A DNA stretch of 64,000 bases from assembly GCA_046757485.1 (NCBI GenBank), contig JBHHYJ010000001.1:48319-112318 (forward strand), read 5' to 3'. Source of the stretch: Gemmatimonadota bacterium (lineage in GTDB: Bacteria > Gemmatimonadota > Gemmatimonadetes > Palauibacterales > Palauibacteraceae). The first letter of the stretch is position 1, and each line of letters opens with the position of its first letter. This document shows, in pieces, positions 7,733 to 17,571 of this stretch. Below the pieces are notes generated by a model. That model did not search any database, had not been told where the DNA came from, and saw nothing but the letters and a program-made list of their open reading frames with translations. Made by a program: the position numbers and the translations under genes.

Positions 7733-8088
7733 CGTCTCCGACTCACGGAGGGGTCCCGCGCGCGCCCGGCGCCGGGCGCGGTGATCGGTGATCTCAGCAT
7801 ACCGTACCCGGGGAGCCGGCGCACGCGGGGGCCGCGGCACAGGGGGGAAGCAGGCTGCCATGGGCGGTCGAGGGGTCCCGTGGCCCGAGAGGGGATCTCG
7901 ACGCAACCCGAACCCGTTACTTTGCATGGGGATTCGGTTTTGAGAGCCGGCGAGCGGATTGAGGGATCACGGGCGCTCACGCGCCGTGCAACCCTGTGTG
8001 TGCGGTTCCGGGTCGAACCTGGCGAGCCGAGGGAGGCACGGATGGCTCCGGCGTAGGACGACCACGGAGGAAGAGGAGTCGGTACGCG

Positions 8089-9288
8089 ATGAGAGCTCGG
8101 CACTGGACGACCCTGGGCGTGTTCCTCGTGGCCCTGGCCCTCCTCTCGGGCATCTATCTCCGTCTGCGGAGCGCGGAGGGAGAAGGCGAGGGGGCGGCGA
8201 CGGGAGATGCGGCGGCGGACTCCGTGCGCCGCGCCGTACAGTCCACCGCCGCCCAGACGGCGTTCGCCACGGAGATGGCGGTGCCGGTCGAGGGGGCGCT
8301 CGTCCGCCGGGACACGTTCGTCATCTGGGTGAACGCCTCGGGGGAGGCCGCTGCGCTGAGGTCCGCCCCCCTCCAGGCGGAGGTGGCGGGCCCGGTGCTT
8401 CAGGTCCCCGTCCGCGAGGGACAGGCAGTGTCGAAGAACCATGTCCTGGTCCGCATCGATCCCATGGAGTTCGAGCTCAAGGTGAAGGAGGAGCAGGCCC
8501 GGGTCGACGAGGCCCAGGCGCGGTTCGAGGAGCTGGGCCTGGGGGACGAGCGGATCGAGGACCCGGAGCTCCGGCGCGAGCGCCGGCGTTTGGCCCGGGT
8601 ACGGAGCCAGCTGCCGGCCGCTGAGGCGGCGCTGGAGCGAGCCAAGTACGATCTTTCGAAAGCGACGATCCGGGCCCCGTTCGCCGGCCGGGTCGCGAAC
8701 CTGACGGTCGTGCAGGGGAGCCGCCTGAGGGAAGGTGACTCCGTGGCCGTCGTCCTGGACCTCTCGCGCGTCGACGTGGACGTGGAGGTGCAGGAGACGG
8801 ATCTCCCGTACGTGGAAGTGGGACGTGAGGCGCGGGCCACCTTCCCCGCGCTGCCCGGCGAGGAGTTCACCGGCCGGGTGGTGACGGTGAACCCGCTGGT
8901 GAGCCGGGAGAGCCGGACGGCCCGGGTCACCGTGCGGCTGGTGAACCCGGAGGCCCGGATGCACTCCGGAATGTACGCGAACGTGCGGATCGCCGGCCGA
9001 CTCCTGGCGGACCGGACGTTCGTTCCGAAGTCGGCGATCGTGGAGAGGGACCGCCGGGACGTGGTCTTCGTCTTCGCGCCCGATGAGGCGGGCTCGAAAA
9101 CGGGCCGGGCGAAGTGGACGTACGTGACCCGGGGGCTGGAGAACGATCGCTTCGTGGAGATCGTCCCGGGGGAGCAGACGGAGGTGCCGGAGGCGAACGC
9201 CGTGGTCTTGGTGGACGGGCACGCGACGCTCGTTCACGACGCCCGGGTGGAGATCGAGAATCTGAGTGAGCTCGAGGGGCACCGGTGA
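8089..9288 (+). CDS. efflux RND transporter periplasmic adaptor subunit (HlyD/MFP family)
   Basis: N-terminal TM anchor, coiled-coil and lipoyl/beta-barrel segments typical of MFPs. RBS GGAGGAAGAGGAG. 4-bp overlap with the next gene. Confidence 0.85.
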   Translation: MRARHWTTLGVFLVALALLSGIYLRLRSAEGEGEGAATGDAAADSVRRAVQSTAAQTAFATEMAVPVEGALVRRDTFVIWVNASGEAAALRSAPLQAEVAGPVLQVPVREGQAVSKNHVLVRIDPMEFELKVKEEQARVDEAQARFEELGLGDERIEDPELRRERRRLARVRSQLPAAEAALERAKYDLSKATIRAPFAGRVANLTVVQGSRLREGDSVAVVLDLSRVDVDVEVQETDLPYVEVGREARATFPALPGEEFTGRVVTVNPLVSRESRTARVTVRLVNPEARMHSGMYANVRIAGRLLADRTFVPKSAIVERDRRDVVFVFAPDEAGSKTGRAKWTYVTRGLENDRFVEIVPGEQTEVPEANAVVLVDGHATLVHDARVEIENLSELEGHR

Positions 9289-10637
9289 TGGGCGCCTCCG
9301 GCATCTGGCTCCTGCTGGTGGGACTCCCGATCCACTCGAGCCCGCCGCTCCCGCCGTCTCAGGACACCCTCACGCTGGATCGAGCGATCTCCGTAGCCCT
9401 GCGGGAGAACCCCGAGGTGAGGCAGGCGGCTGCCGCCCAGTCCCGGGCCCACGCGGACCGCCGGGCGAACCTGGGCGCGTTTCTCCCCAGCGTGGACGGG
9501 AGCCTCGGATTCAGCCGAACCTCGTTTCGCACAATCACCTTCCCGGCTCCGGAGGGCTCGGCGGAGCGCCTGGATCAGCCACTGGACGGGGTCACGAAAT
9601 CCTCCAGCCAGGGGCTCAACTTCGGGTGGGACCTCCTCCGGGGAGGGAGCCGCTTCGCCGAGCTGGCGCGAAGCGGAGCCGAGACGACGGCGGCGGACCG
9701 GAGGGTGACGGCCGCCGAGCGAAGGGTCGTCGCCGAGGTGAAGCGGCGGTACTACGAGGCCCTCAAGCAGCAGCGGCTGGTGGAGGTGGCGGAGCGGCAG
9801 CTCGCCGCCCGGCGGCAGGATCTGGAGGAGACTCGGCGGCGGTACGAGTTGGCGGCCCTGACGCGGGCGGATCTGCTGGGAGCGGAGATCCAGCTCGGGG
9901 ACGCGGAGCTCGCGCTCCTGGACGCCCGGGATCTGTACCGACAGGCGATCCGCGATCTGCGTGCCCAGATGGGCGTGGAAGAGGAGGCGGCCACCGAAGA
10001 GGTCGTGCTGGGAGACGTGGGGAGCCTGCCGTCCTCGGGCGGGCTGGAGGTGGGCGCCCTCGTGCGCCGCGCGTTCGCCTCGGAGCCCGAGCTGGCGGCC
10101 ATCCAGGCGGACCTGGCCGCCGCCTCGGCCTCCTTGTGGATGGGTCGAGCGGGGTATCTTCCGAACATCCGCCTCGGATACGGAATCCGGCGCTCGGAGT
10201 CGCTCGGCCCGGAGGGCTCCTTCTTCGTCTTCGATCCGTCCAACCGGAGCTACTCCTTCAGCGTGAGCGTCTCCTGGAACCTGTTCGACGGCTTCCAGCG
10301 GGAGCAGCAGACGGCTCAGGCCTCGGCGGCGCGGCGCGACGCCCAGGCACGGCTCCTCCAGCGCCGGCTGGAGGTGGAGTCGGACGTCCGAAACTTCACG
10401 GACGAGATCCGGCGGCGGGCGGAGCGCCTTGCGGTCCAGGACAGGAACCTCGAGCTGGCGCGGGAGCGGCTCGCCGTCGCCCGGGAGCAGTACCGCCTGG
10501 GCGCCATCACCTTCTTTCAGCTCCAGACGGCGATCGGGGAGGTGACGACCAAGGAGTCGCAGGTGATCCAGGAACGCTACGAGTACCTGAAGGCGTGGGC
10601 GAGCCTGGAGGAGCGGGTGGGGGAGGCCGCGCGGTGA
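9285..10637 (+). CDS. TolC-family outer membrane efflux protein (OMF)
   Basis: Two-repeat TolC-like helical/beta architecture. Signal peptide. Confidence 0.8.
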   Translation: MMGASGIWLLLVGLPIHSSPPLPPSQDTLTLDRAISVALRENPEVRQAAAAQSRAHADRRANLGAFLPSVDGSLGFSRTSFRTITFPAPEGSAERLDQPLDGVTKSSSQGLNFGWDLLRGGSRFAELARSGAETTAADRRVTAAERRVVAEVKRRYYEALKQQRLVEVAERQLAARRQDLEETRRRYELAALTRADLLGAEIQLGDAELALLDARDLYRQAIRDLRAQMGVEEEAATEEVVLGDVGSLPSSGGLEVGALVRRAFASEPELAAIQADLAAASASLWMGRAGYLPNIRLGYGIRRSESLGPEGSFFVFDPSNRSYSFSVSVSWNLFDGFQREQQTAQASAARRDAQARLLQRRLEVESDVRNFTDEIRRRAERLAVQDRNLELARERLAVAREQYRLGAITFFQLQTAIGEVTTKESQVIQERYEYLKAWASLEERVGEAAR

Positions 10638-10722
10638 TCCGCGGCCTCGCGTGGTGGCGGATCACGGCTCGGACCGCGCCTCCGGCCCCCGTGAGAACGG
10701 CGGGGAGGACCGCGGTGCAGGC

Positions 10723-13700
10723 GTGACGCTCCCCGACCTCTCCCTCCGGCGTCCCGTCGCCATCTCCATGCTCTTCGTGGCGGTCGGCGTCCTAGGCGTC
10801 GTCTCCTTCACACGGCTCCCGATCGATCTCCTTCCCGACGTGGCGTTTCCCACCCTCTCCGTGTGGACGACCTACAGCGACGCCGGCCCGGCCGAGGTGG
10901 AGCGCTTCGTGACTGAAGGGGTCGAGGGGGAGATGAGCCAGGTGCCGGGGGTTCGGAAGGTCACGTCCCGCTCGCGGGAGGGACAGTCCCTCGTCCAGCT
11001 CCGGTTCGACTGGGGAACGGACATGGAGTTCGCCACCCTCCACGTGCGGGAGCGATTGGACAACATCCGGGAGAACCTCCCGGAGGGTGCCGACCGACCC
11101 GTGATCCTTCGCTCGGATCCGACGAGCGATCCGATCCTGACGCTGGCGGTGAGCGGGGCGGACCTGCGGGAGCTCCGGAACCTGTCGGAAGCCGTCTTCA
11201 AGCGCCGCCTGGAACAGTTGGACGGGGTGGCCCTGGCGGCCGTCACCGGCGGACCCGAGCGAGAGCTTCAGGTCCTCGTGGACCCGGGCCGCCTCTCCGT
11301 CCACGGGCTCACGATCGAGCGGATCGCCGAGGCGCTGGACCGGGCGAACTGGAACGCCGGAGGGGGGATGATCCGGCGCGGGCGCTTCTACTACAGCCTC
11401 CGTACCCTGGGGCAGTTCACCGATGTGGACCAGCTCCGGGAGGTGGTGGTCAAGCGACCGGAGGAAGCGCCGGGGGCCGCTCCGGGCGCGGCGGGCGGCA
11501 GCCCCGTGCTCCTGCGTGATGTGGCGGAGGTAAAGGACACGATCGCCGAGCTGGAGACGTTGGCCCGCTACAACGGCGCCCCGGCCGTCGGGCTCCAGGT
11601 CTACAAGGAAGCGGGCTCCAACACCGTCCGAGTGGCGGATCGAGTGGACGAGGTGGTCACCCAGCTCCGGGAGGAGTTCCCCGAGGTCCGCCTGGAGCTG
11701 GCGGCCAGTCAGGCGACGTTCATCCGGGACGCGATCACGAACGTGATCCAGGCTCTGCTCGTGGGCGGTTTTCTGGCCTTCCTGGTTCTCTTCCTCTTCC
11801 TGCGCGACCCCCGCTATCCCCTCGCCGTGGGGCTGGCGATCCCGATCTCGGTCATGGCCGCCTTCGCCCTGTGCTACCTGTTCGACGTCAGCCTGAACAT
11901 CATGTCGCTGGGTGGGCTGGCCCTCGGGGTGGGCCTCCTGGTGGACAACTCCATCGTGGTGCTCGAGAACATCTTTCGACACCGTGAGGAGGAGGGCCGA
12001 GAGCCGAGGGAAGCCGCGTCGGCCGGGGCGCGCGAGGTGGCGGCGGCGATCACCGCCTCCACGCTGACCACGATCGCCGTCTTCGGCCCCGTGCTGTACG
12101 TGAAGGGTGTGGCGGGGGCCCTGTTCGCGGACCTCTCGCTGGCCGTGACCTTCTCGCTGCTCGCCTCCCTGCTCGTGGCGCTCACCCTGCTTCCCGTTCT
12201 GGCGGCTCGGGCGGCCCGGCGGCGAGCGACGGGTTCCGACGAAGGCGGGCGGGGGCTCGAGCCCGGGGGGATCCCGGCTCCCGGCCGCGCGGACCGGGAA
12301 GCCCGCCCCCGCGCCTCGGCGATCGTGTGGGCGGCCGGTCGGGCGGGAGCTCGGTCCATGTGCGCCTTCTTCTCCGGGTGGTTGCTCTGGCTGGCGAGCC
12401 TGCTGCGGTTCGGCGTGCGCTTGCTGGGGAGAGGGCTTTCCGTCCTCCTCTCCTACGTGGGGCGCTCCGTGCGGCTCACTCTCGGGGAGCTGGCACGCGG
12501 GCTCGCCACGGGAGTGGCCCGTCTCTTCCGCCCGGTTCTGGATGGCTTCGATCGAGGGTTCCGCCGTTTGGCGGCACGCTACGAGCGAGGTCTCCGATGG
12601 GCGCTGGATCACCGGCCGACCGTGCTGGGGCTGGCCGCCGCGGGCCTGCTGGCGGCCGTCCTCGTGGGGAGCCGGCTCCCCCGGGGGCTCATGCCCCGGG
12701 TGGACGAGGGCGAGTTCCGGGTGGAGCTCGAGCTGCCGGTGGGCACGCCTCTGGCCGTCACGGAGGAGGCGGCGGAGCGGCTGGAGAGAACGCTGCTGGA
12801 GCTCGACGAGGTGGACGGCGTCTTCGCACGGGTCGGACGGGCCCGGGGCTCCGAGCTCGTGGCCCGCGAGCTCACCGGCCTGAACAGCGCGGCGCTCGAG
12901 GTTCGGTTGAAGCCGGGGGAGCGCTCGACGCCGCGGGTGGTGGAGGCGTTTCGGCGGGAGCTCGACGCGACCGGCGTCGACCCACGCTTCCTGGCGATCG
13001 AGACGGGGCGGGCCACCTCCCTCGGCCGGGTGCTCGCCCTGGGCGAAGCCGATCTGGCCGTCAAGGTCCAGGGGAGCGATCTGGAGGCTCTCGTCCCGGT
13101 GGCGGAGTCGGTCAGCGTACGGCTCCGGGAGCTGGGAGAGATCTCCGACGTCCGCATCGACCTCCAGCGGACGCAGCCCGAGGTGGAGGTTCGGGTGGAC
13201 CAGGAGGCGGTGGCCCGGCACGGCCTGGCCGTGCGCGACGTGGCGGATGCGGTGGAGGCGTTTCTGCGGGGCCGGGAGACGGAGCAGCCGTACGCGGAGT
13301 TCTCGGACAAGATCACCATCCGGGTCGAGCTCCCGGAAGCCGCGCGCCGGGAGCTGGCGGACGTGCTCGATCTGAAGGTCGAGGGCGTGCCGATCGGTGA
13401 GCTCGTGAGCGTCCGCCAGGGATACGGACCCGTGGAGATCCGCCGGGAGGACCAGAATCGCACCGTGCAGGTGCTGGCGGACGTCCGGCGGGGAGGCCTG
13501 GGTGGAGCCGTACGGAAAGTGGAGGACGCGTTGGCCGAGGTACGGCGCCCGCCGCTGACGAGCGTGCGGGTCGGCGGGGAGAACGAGGAGATGCTGGCGA
13601 GCTTCCGCTCCCTCCTCTTCGCCTTCGGCCTCGCGCTCTTCCTCGTCTTCCTCATCATGGCCGCCGAGTTCGAGTCCCTCATCCAACCACTCGTCGTCCT

Positions 13701-14307
13701 CACCTCGGTTCCGCTGGCGGCGCTCGGTGCCGTGCTGGCGCTGGCCTTGACGGGAGGGGGCCTGAACGCGATGAGCGGCATAGGCCTCGTGATCCTGGTC
13801 GGGATCGTGGTGAACGACGCGATCATCAAGGTGGACTTCATCAACCAGCGCAGGCGGGCGGGGCTGGCGAAACGGGCCGCGATCCTCGAGGCGGGCCGGC
13901 TGAGGCTGCGGCCGATCATCATGACGACGGTGACCACCGTGGTGGGTCTCCTGCCGCTGGCGCTGGGATGGGGTGCGGGTGCGGATCTGCGGGCTCCCCT
14001 CGCGGTGGCGGTCATCGGGGGACTGATCTCGGCCACCGTCCTGACGCTGCTCGTCGTGCCCGTCGTCTACTCGCTCGTGGTGGAACCGGGGGTCGCGGTG
14101 GGCGCCGGCAGCGGGCCGGGTGGAGAGGCGGGGCTCACGGGGCGGGAGTCGGCGGCGGGGACGAGCTCGGGACCGTCGAGCATCGGTCGGGAGACGGCGC
14201 CGGCGCTCGGGCCGGGTGCGGTCGGAGACCGGGTAGGGGGGACCGCGAGCGGAGCCGCGCTCCGCTTCGAGCCTCCGCCGCCGGGCCGAACGGAGAAGGA
14301 CGGATGA
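10723..14307 (+). CDS. efflux RND transporter permease subunit (AcrB/MdtB-like), with a low-complexity C-terminal tail
   Basis: Canonical RND N-terminus (LSLRRPVAISMLFVAV), 12 TM segments and two large periplasmic loops. The frame is open from GTG 10651, but the RND consensus start is GTG 10723. Confidence 0.9.
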   Translation: MTLPDLSLRRPVAISMLFVAVGVLGVVSFTRLPIDLLPDVAFPTLSVWTTYSDAGPAEVERFVTEGVEGEMSQVPGVRKVTSRSREGQSLVQLRFDWGTDMEFATLHVRERLDNIRENLPEGADRPVILRSDPTSDPILTLAVSGADLRELRNLSEAVFKRRLEQLDGVALAAVTGGPERELQVLVDPGRLSVHGLTIERIAEALDRANWNAGGGMIRRGRFYYSLRTLGQFTDVDQLREVVVKRPEEAPGAAPGAAGGSPVLLRDVAEVKDTIAELETLARYNGAPAVGLQVYKEAGSNTVRVADRVDEVVTQLREEFPEVRLELAASQATFIRDAITNVIQALLVGGFLAFLVLFLFLRDPRYPLAVGLAIPISVMAAFALCYLFDVSLNIMSLGGLALGVGLLVDNSIVVLENIFRHREEEGREPREAASAGAREVAAAITASTLTTIAVFGPVLYVKGVAGALFADLSLAVTFSLLASLLVALTLLPVLAARAARRRATGSDEGGRGLEPGGIPAPGRADREARPRASAIVWAAGRAGARSMCAFFSGWLLWLASLLRFGVRLLGRGLSVLLSYVGRSVRLTLGELARGLATGVARLFRPVLDGFDRGFRRLAARYERGLRWALDHRPTVLGLAAAGLLAAVLVGSRLPRGLMPRVDEGEFRVELELPVGTPLAVTEEAAERLERTLLELDEVDGVFARVGRARGSELVARELTGLNSAALEVRLKPGERSTPRVVEAFRRELDATGVDPRFLAIETGRATSLGRVLALGEADLAVKVQGSDLEALVPVAESVSVRLRELGEISDVRIDLQRTQPEVEVRVDQEAVARHGLAVRDVADAVEAFLRGRETEQPYAEFSDKITIRVELPEAARRELADVLDLKVEGVPIGELVSVRQGYGPVEIRREDQNRTVQVLADVRRGGLGGAVRKVEDALAEVRRPPLTSVRVGGENEEMLASFRSLLFAFGLALFLVFLIMAAEFESLIQPLVVLTSVPLAALGAVLALALTGGGLNAMSGIGLVILVGIVVNDAIIKVDFINQRRRAGLAKRAAILEAGRLRLRPIIMTTVTTVVGLLPLALGWGAGADLRAPLAVAVIGGLISATVLTLLVVPVVYSLVVEPGVAVGAGSGPGGEAGLTGRESAAGTSSGPSSIGRETAPALGPGAVGDRVGGTASGAALRFEPPPPGRTEKDG

Positions 14308-17300
14308 TCGATCTCTCCATCCGGCGGCCCGTCGCCACGGCCTGTCTGTACATCGCGCTGCTCGCCCTGGGGGCGTACAGCTTCCGCCTCATCCCCCTGG
14401 AGCTCCTGCCGGAGGTGAGCTACCCCCGCCTCACGGTGACCGCATCGTGGCGGGGAGCGTCGCCCGAGGCGATGGAAGCGTTCGTCACCGCGCCCCTCGA
14501 GGCGGCCGTGGAGCAGGTGGGCGGCGTGCGGAAGGTGAGCTCCGTCTCCCGGGCGGACCGGAGGGGGGCCAGCTCACGGTCGGAAATCGACGTGGAGTTC
14601 GCCCGGGCCACCCGCATGGAGTTCGCTCGACTCGAGCTGGGGGAACGCCTCGCGGCGCTCCAGGATGAGCTTCCGGTCGGCGTTCGTCCCTCGGTCTCCC
14701 GGTACGTACCCCCCGAGTTCGCCGAGGAGAACCGGCCGTTTCTCAGCTACCAGCTCAGCGGGCCGTACACGTTCGAGCACCTGGGCGAGCTGGCCGACAG
14801 GGAGGTGAGGCCGCTGCTGCTCGCGGTGGACGGCGTCTCCCAGGTGCGGGTGTACGGCGGCGAGGAGCGGGAGATCGAGGTGCTGCTGGACCGGGGGAAG
14901 CTCGAGGCGCTGGGGCTCCGGCCGGAGGAGGTGGCCCAGCGGATCCTGGACGTTTCGCTTCCTCGGGCGCCGGGCGCCGTGGAGCTCGCCGGACAACGGA
15001 TGGCGCTGGCGGTCCGGACCCGGGTGTGGACCGTGCCGGAGCTCAGCGAGCTGGTCGTGGCGGGCGGAGAGGACGGGCCGCCGGTGCGGGTGGGGGAGAT
15101 CGGCCGGGTGAGGGAGCGGACGGCGGAGCCGAGCGCCTACCACCGGATCGACGGACAGCCGACGGTGTCGCTCATCATCTACCGGCAGGCGGGCACGAAC
15201 GCGGTCCGCCTCGCCGACGCGATCAAGGGCCGGATCGTCGCGGTGGGTGCGGAGCTCCCGGCGGGCGCGCGCCTGGAACTGGACGAGGACGAGAGCCGGG
15301 AGATCCGCACCCAGCTAACGGATCTCCGGCTACGGGCCGCCGCGGCGGCGGTGGTCATCTTCCTCGTGCTGATGCTTTTTCTCCAGTCCCTGGGAGCCGT
15401 GCTCGTCGTCTTCGCGACGATCGCCTTCAGCGTGCTGATCGCGGTGAACTTCCTCTACCTGGGCGGCTTCTCCCTCAACGTCCTGACCCTGGCCGGGCTG
15501 GCCTGGGGGTTCGGCCTGGTGGTGGACAACGGGATCGTCGTGCTGGAGAACGTGGAGCGGCACCGGCGGGGTGGGAAGCCGCGCCGGGCGGCGGCGCGAG
15601 AGGGTGCCCGCCAGGTCGTCCTCCCGGTGCTCGCGGCCACTTTCACGACGGCGATCGTCCTCGTGCCGTTCCTGTTTCTCCAGGGGGAGCTGCGGCTCTA
15701 CTACCTGCCGCTGGCGTACGCGGTGGGCTTCTCCATCCTGGCCAGCCTGTTCGTCGCTTTCACCTTCGTGCCCGCCCTGGCGGCGCGCCTCGCCCCGGGC
15801 CCTGCCGGCCGGACGGATTCGGGGGCGGGCTCGGGATCCGCGGAGGGTCGGGCGACGGGAGCCTGGGGCGAGCGGACGCCTGGGACTCGTTCCGGCCCGC
15901 GATCCGATCCCCTGTATCTTCGCGCCTATCGCGCGTTGCTGAGTGGAGCCCTGAACCACCCGCTGCTCGTGGCGTTCGTGTGCTTCGGGAGCCTGGGGGG
16001 AAGCTGGATGCTGTTCGACGACCACGTGAACCGCGGCGTGAGGTGGTCGGACTTCTGGGGTCAGCGGACCTACATCGACATCCTCATCAGCTTTCCCCGT
16101 GGGGCCGGTCTGGAGCGCACCGACGAGCTCGCCCGCTCCTTCGAGGCGAAGCTCGCCACGCTGCCCGAGGTGGCGCGCTACGAGTCGAACGTTCTGCCGC
16201 AGTTCGCCCGCATCCGGGTCACCTTCCCCGAGGAGCTCGAGACGACGCAGGTCCCGGTGGCGATCAAGGAGCAGATGGTCGCCTACAGCTACGGATTCTC
16301 GGGGGTGCAGGTCCGAGTGTACGGCTACGGTCCGAGCTTCTATGGGGGAGGGGGGAGCCCACCGAACTATCGACTTAAGGTGTATGGTTATAACTATCTC
16401 ACAGTTCGAGATATAGCGGAGGAGATCGCCTCCCGCCTGGAGCGGTTCAGCCGGATTCGCGACGTGGACCCGAACGCCAGCGGATGGTACGAGCCGGAGA
16501 AGGAGTTCGAGTACTACGTGGCTCCCGATCGGGCGGCGCTGGGCGACTACGGCCTCACCGTCCAACAGCTACTGGCCTACGTCGCCTCCAACGTGCGGGG
16601 GGCGGAGACGGGGCAGCGCTTTCGTCTGGGGCCGGAGGAGATGCCCCTCTCCGTGAAGGTGGCCGGCTACCGGGAGTTCGACCTGCGGGCGCTGGAACGG
16701 CTCCAGGTACCCGTGGCGCCGGGGCGCGACGTGCGGCTGGCCAGCGTGGCGGATGTCGGGGTGCGCAACGTGCTGGCCAGCATCCGCCGGGAGGATCAGC
16801 AGTACGAACGGACCGTGGCGTGGGAGTTTCGGGGCCCGCGGAAGCTCGGGGACCTGGTGCGGGACGCGGTGGTGGATGCCATGGAGCTTCCGCCCGGCTA
16901 CCGGGTCGAGGAGGAGGAGCGGTGGCGGTGGTCCGAGGAAGAACAGGCCCAGGTGTATCTGGCGCTGGGCTTCTCCATCCTCCTCGTATACATGGTAACG
17001 GCGGCGCTCTTCGAGTCTCTGGCGGCGCCGTTCGTCGTTCTCCTCACCCTGCCCCTGGCCCTCATCGGGGTGTTCCTCATCTTCTTCTACACGAACGCCA
17101 CCTTCACCGACACCGCGTACATCGGAACGATCATGATGGGGGGGATCGTGGTGAACAACGCGATCCTCATCGTATATCACATCGGCGAGCTCCGGCGGAG
17201 AATGGAGACGCGGGCGGCGATCCTCCAGGGGACTCTGGAGCGGGTCCGACCCATCATGATGACGAGTCTCACGACCGTCCTCGGTCTTCTCCCTCTCGTG

Positions 17301-17435
17301 CTCCTCTCCGGCTCGGACGACACCATCTGGAACGCCCTCGCCCTGGCGACGATCGGGGGACTCCTGTCGAGCACCCTCTTCGTGCTCGTCGCCATTCCCG
17401 TCGCCTACCGGTGGCTGGTGGCGCGGCGTACGTGA
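14304..17435 (+). CDS. efflux RND transporter permease subunit, second paralog (MdtC/MuxC-like)
   Basis: ATGA overlap with the upstream RND gene. N-terminus MIDLSIRRPVATACLYIALLALG. Conserved TM4 (GLVVDNGIVVLEN) and TM10 regions. Confidence 0.9.
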   Translation: MIDLSIRRPVATACLYIALLALGAYSFRLIPLELLPEVSYPRLTVTASWRGASPEAMEAFVTAPLEAAVEQVGGVRKVSSVSRADRRGASSRSEIDVEFARATRMEFARLELGERLAALQDELPVGVRPSVSRYVPPEFAEENRPFLSYQLSGPYTFEHLGELADREVRPLLLAVDGVSQVRVYGGEEREIEVLLDRGKLEALGLRPEEVAQRILDVSLPRAPGAVELAGQRMALAVRTRVWTVPELSELVVAGGEDGPPVRVGEIGRVRERTAEPSAYHRIDGQPTVSLIIYRQAGTNAVRLADAIKGRIVAVGAELPAGARLELDEDESREIRTQLTDLRLRAAAAAVVIFLVLMLFLQSLGAVLVVFATIAFSVLIAVNFLYLGGFSLNVLTLAGLAWGFGLVVDNGIVVLENVERHRRGGKPRRAAAREGARQVVLPVLAATFTTAIVLVPFLFLQGELRLYYLPLAYAVGFSILASLFVAFTFVPALAARLAPGPAGRTDSGAGSGSAEGRATGAWGERTPGTRSGPRSDPLYLRAYRALLSGALNHPLLVAFVCFGSLGGSWMLFDDHVNRGVRWSDFWGQRTYIDILISFPRGAGLERTDELARSFEAKLATLPEVARYESNVLPQFARIRVTFPEELETTQVPVAIKEQMVAYSYGFSGVQVRVYGYGPSFYGGGGSPPNYRLKVYGYNYLTVRDIAEEIASRLERFSRIRDVDPNASGWYEPEKEFEYYVAPDRAALGDYGLTVQQLLAYVASNVRGAETGQRFRLGPEEMPLSVKVAGYREFDLRALERLQVPVAPGRDVRLASVADVGVRNVLASIRREDQQYERTVAWEFRGPRKLGDLVRDAVVDAMELPPGYRVEEEERWRWSEEEQAQVYLALGFSILLVYMVTAALFESLAAPFVVLLTLPLALIGVFLIFFYTNATFTDTAYIGTIMMGGIVVNNAILIVYHIGELRRRMETRAAILQGTLERVRPIMMTSLTTVLGLLPLVLLSGSDDTIWNALALATIGGLLSSTLFVLVAIPVAYRWLVARRT

Positions 17436-17571
17436 GCGGCCGTCCGGGACCGGCGAGCCGCCGGAAGCCGGCCGGCCCGCAGCGTCCCCCGCCGCCGCCT
17501 CTGGCCGCGCGCGCCCCGGAAGCCCATCCTCCCCGGCGGACGGAGGTGGAGGTCGCGACACGGGAGGGAGC

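Noticed and set aside
7900-7960. TTACTTTGCATGG upstream of the RND operon as a sigma-54 -12 element
   Set aside because: No GG -24 element at the correct spacing upstream.
16366-16415. AT-rich patch in RND-2 as an inserted mobile fragment or miniature element
   Set aside because: The reading frame is uninterrupted and the encoded peptide is plausible for an RND periplasmic loop. It is kept only as a codon-usage curiosity.
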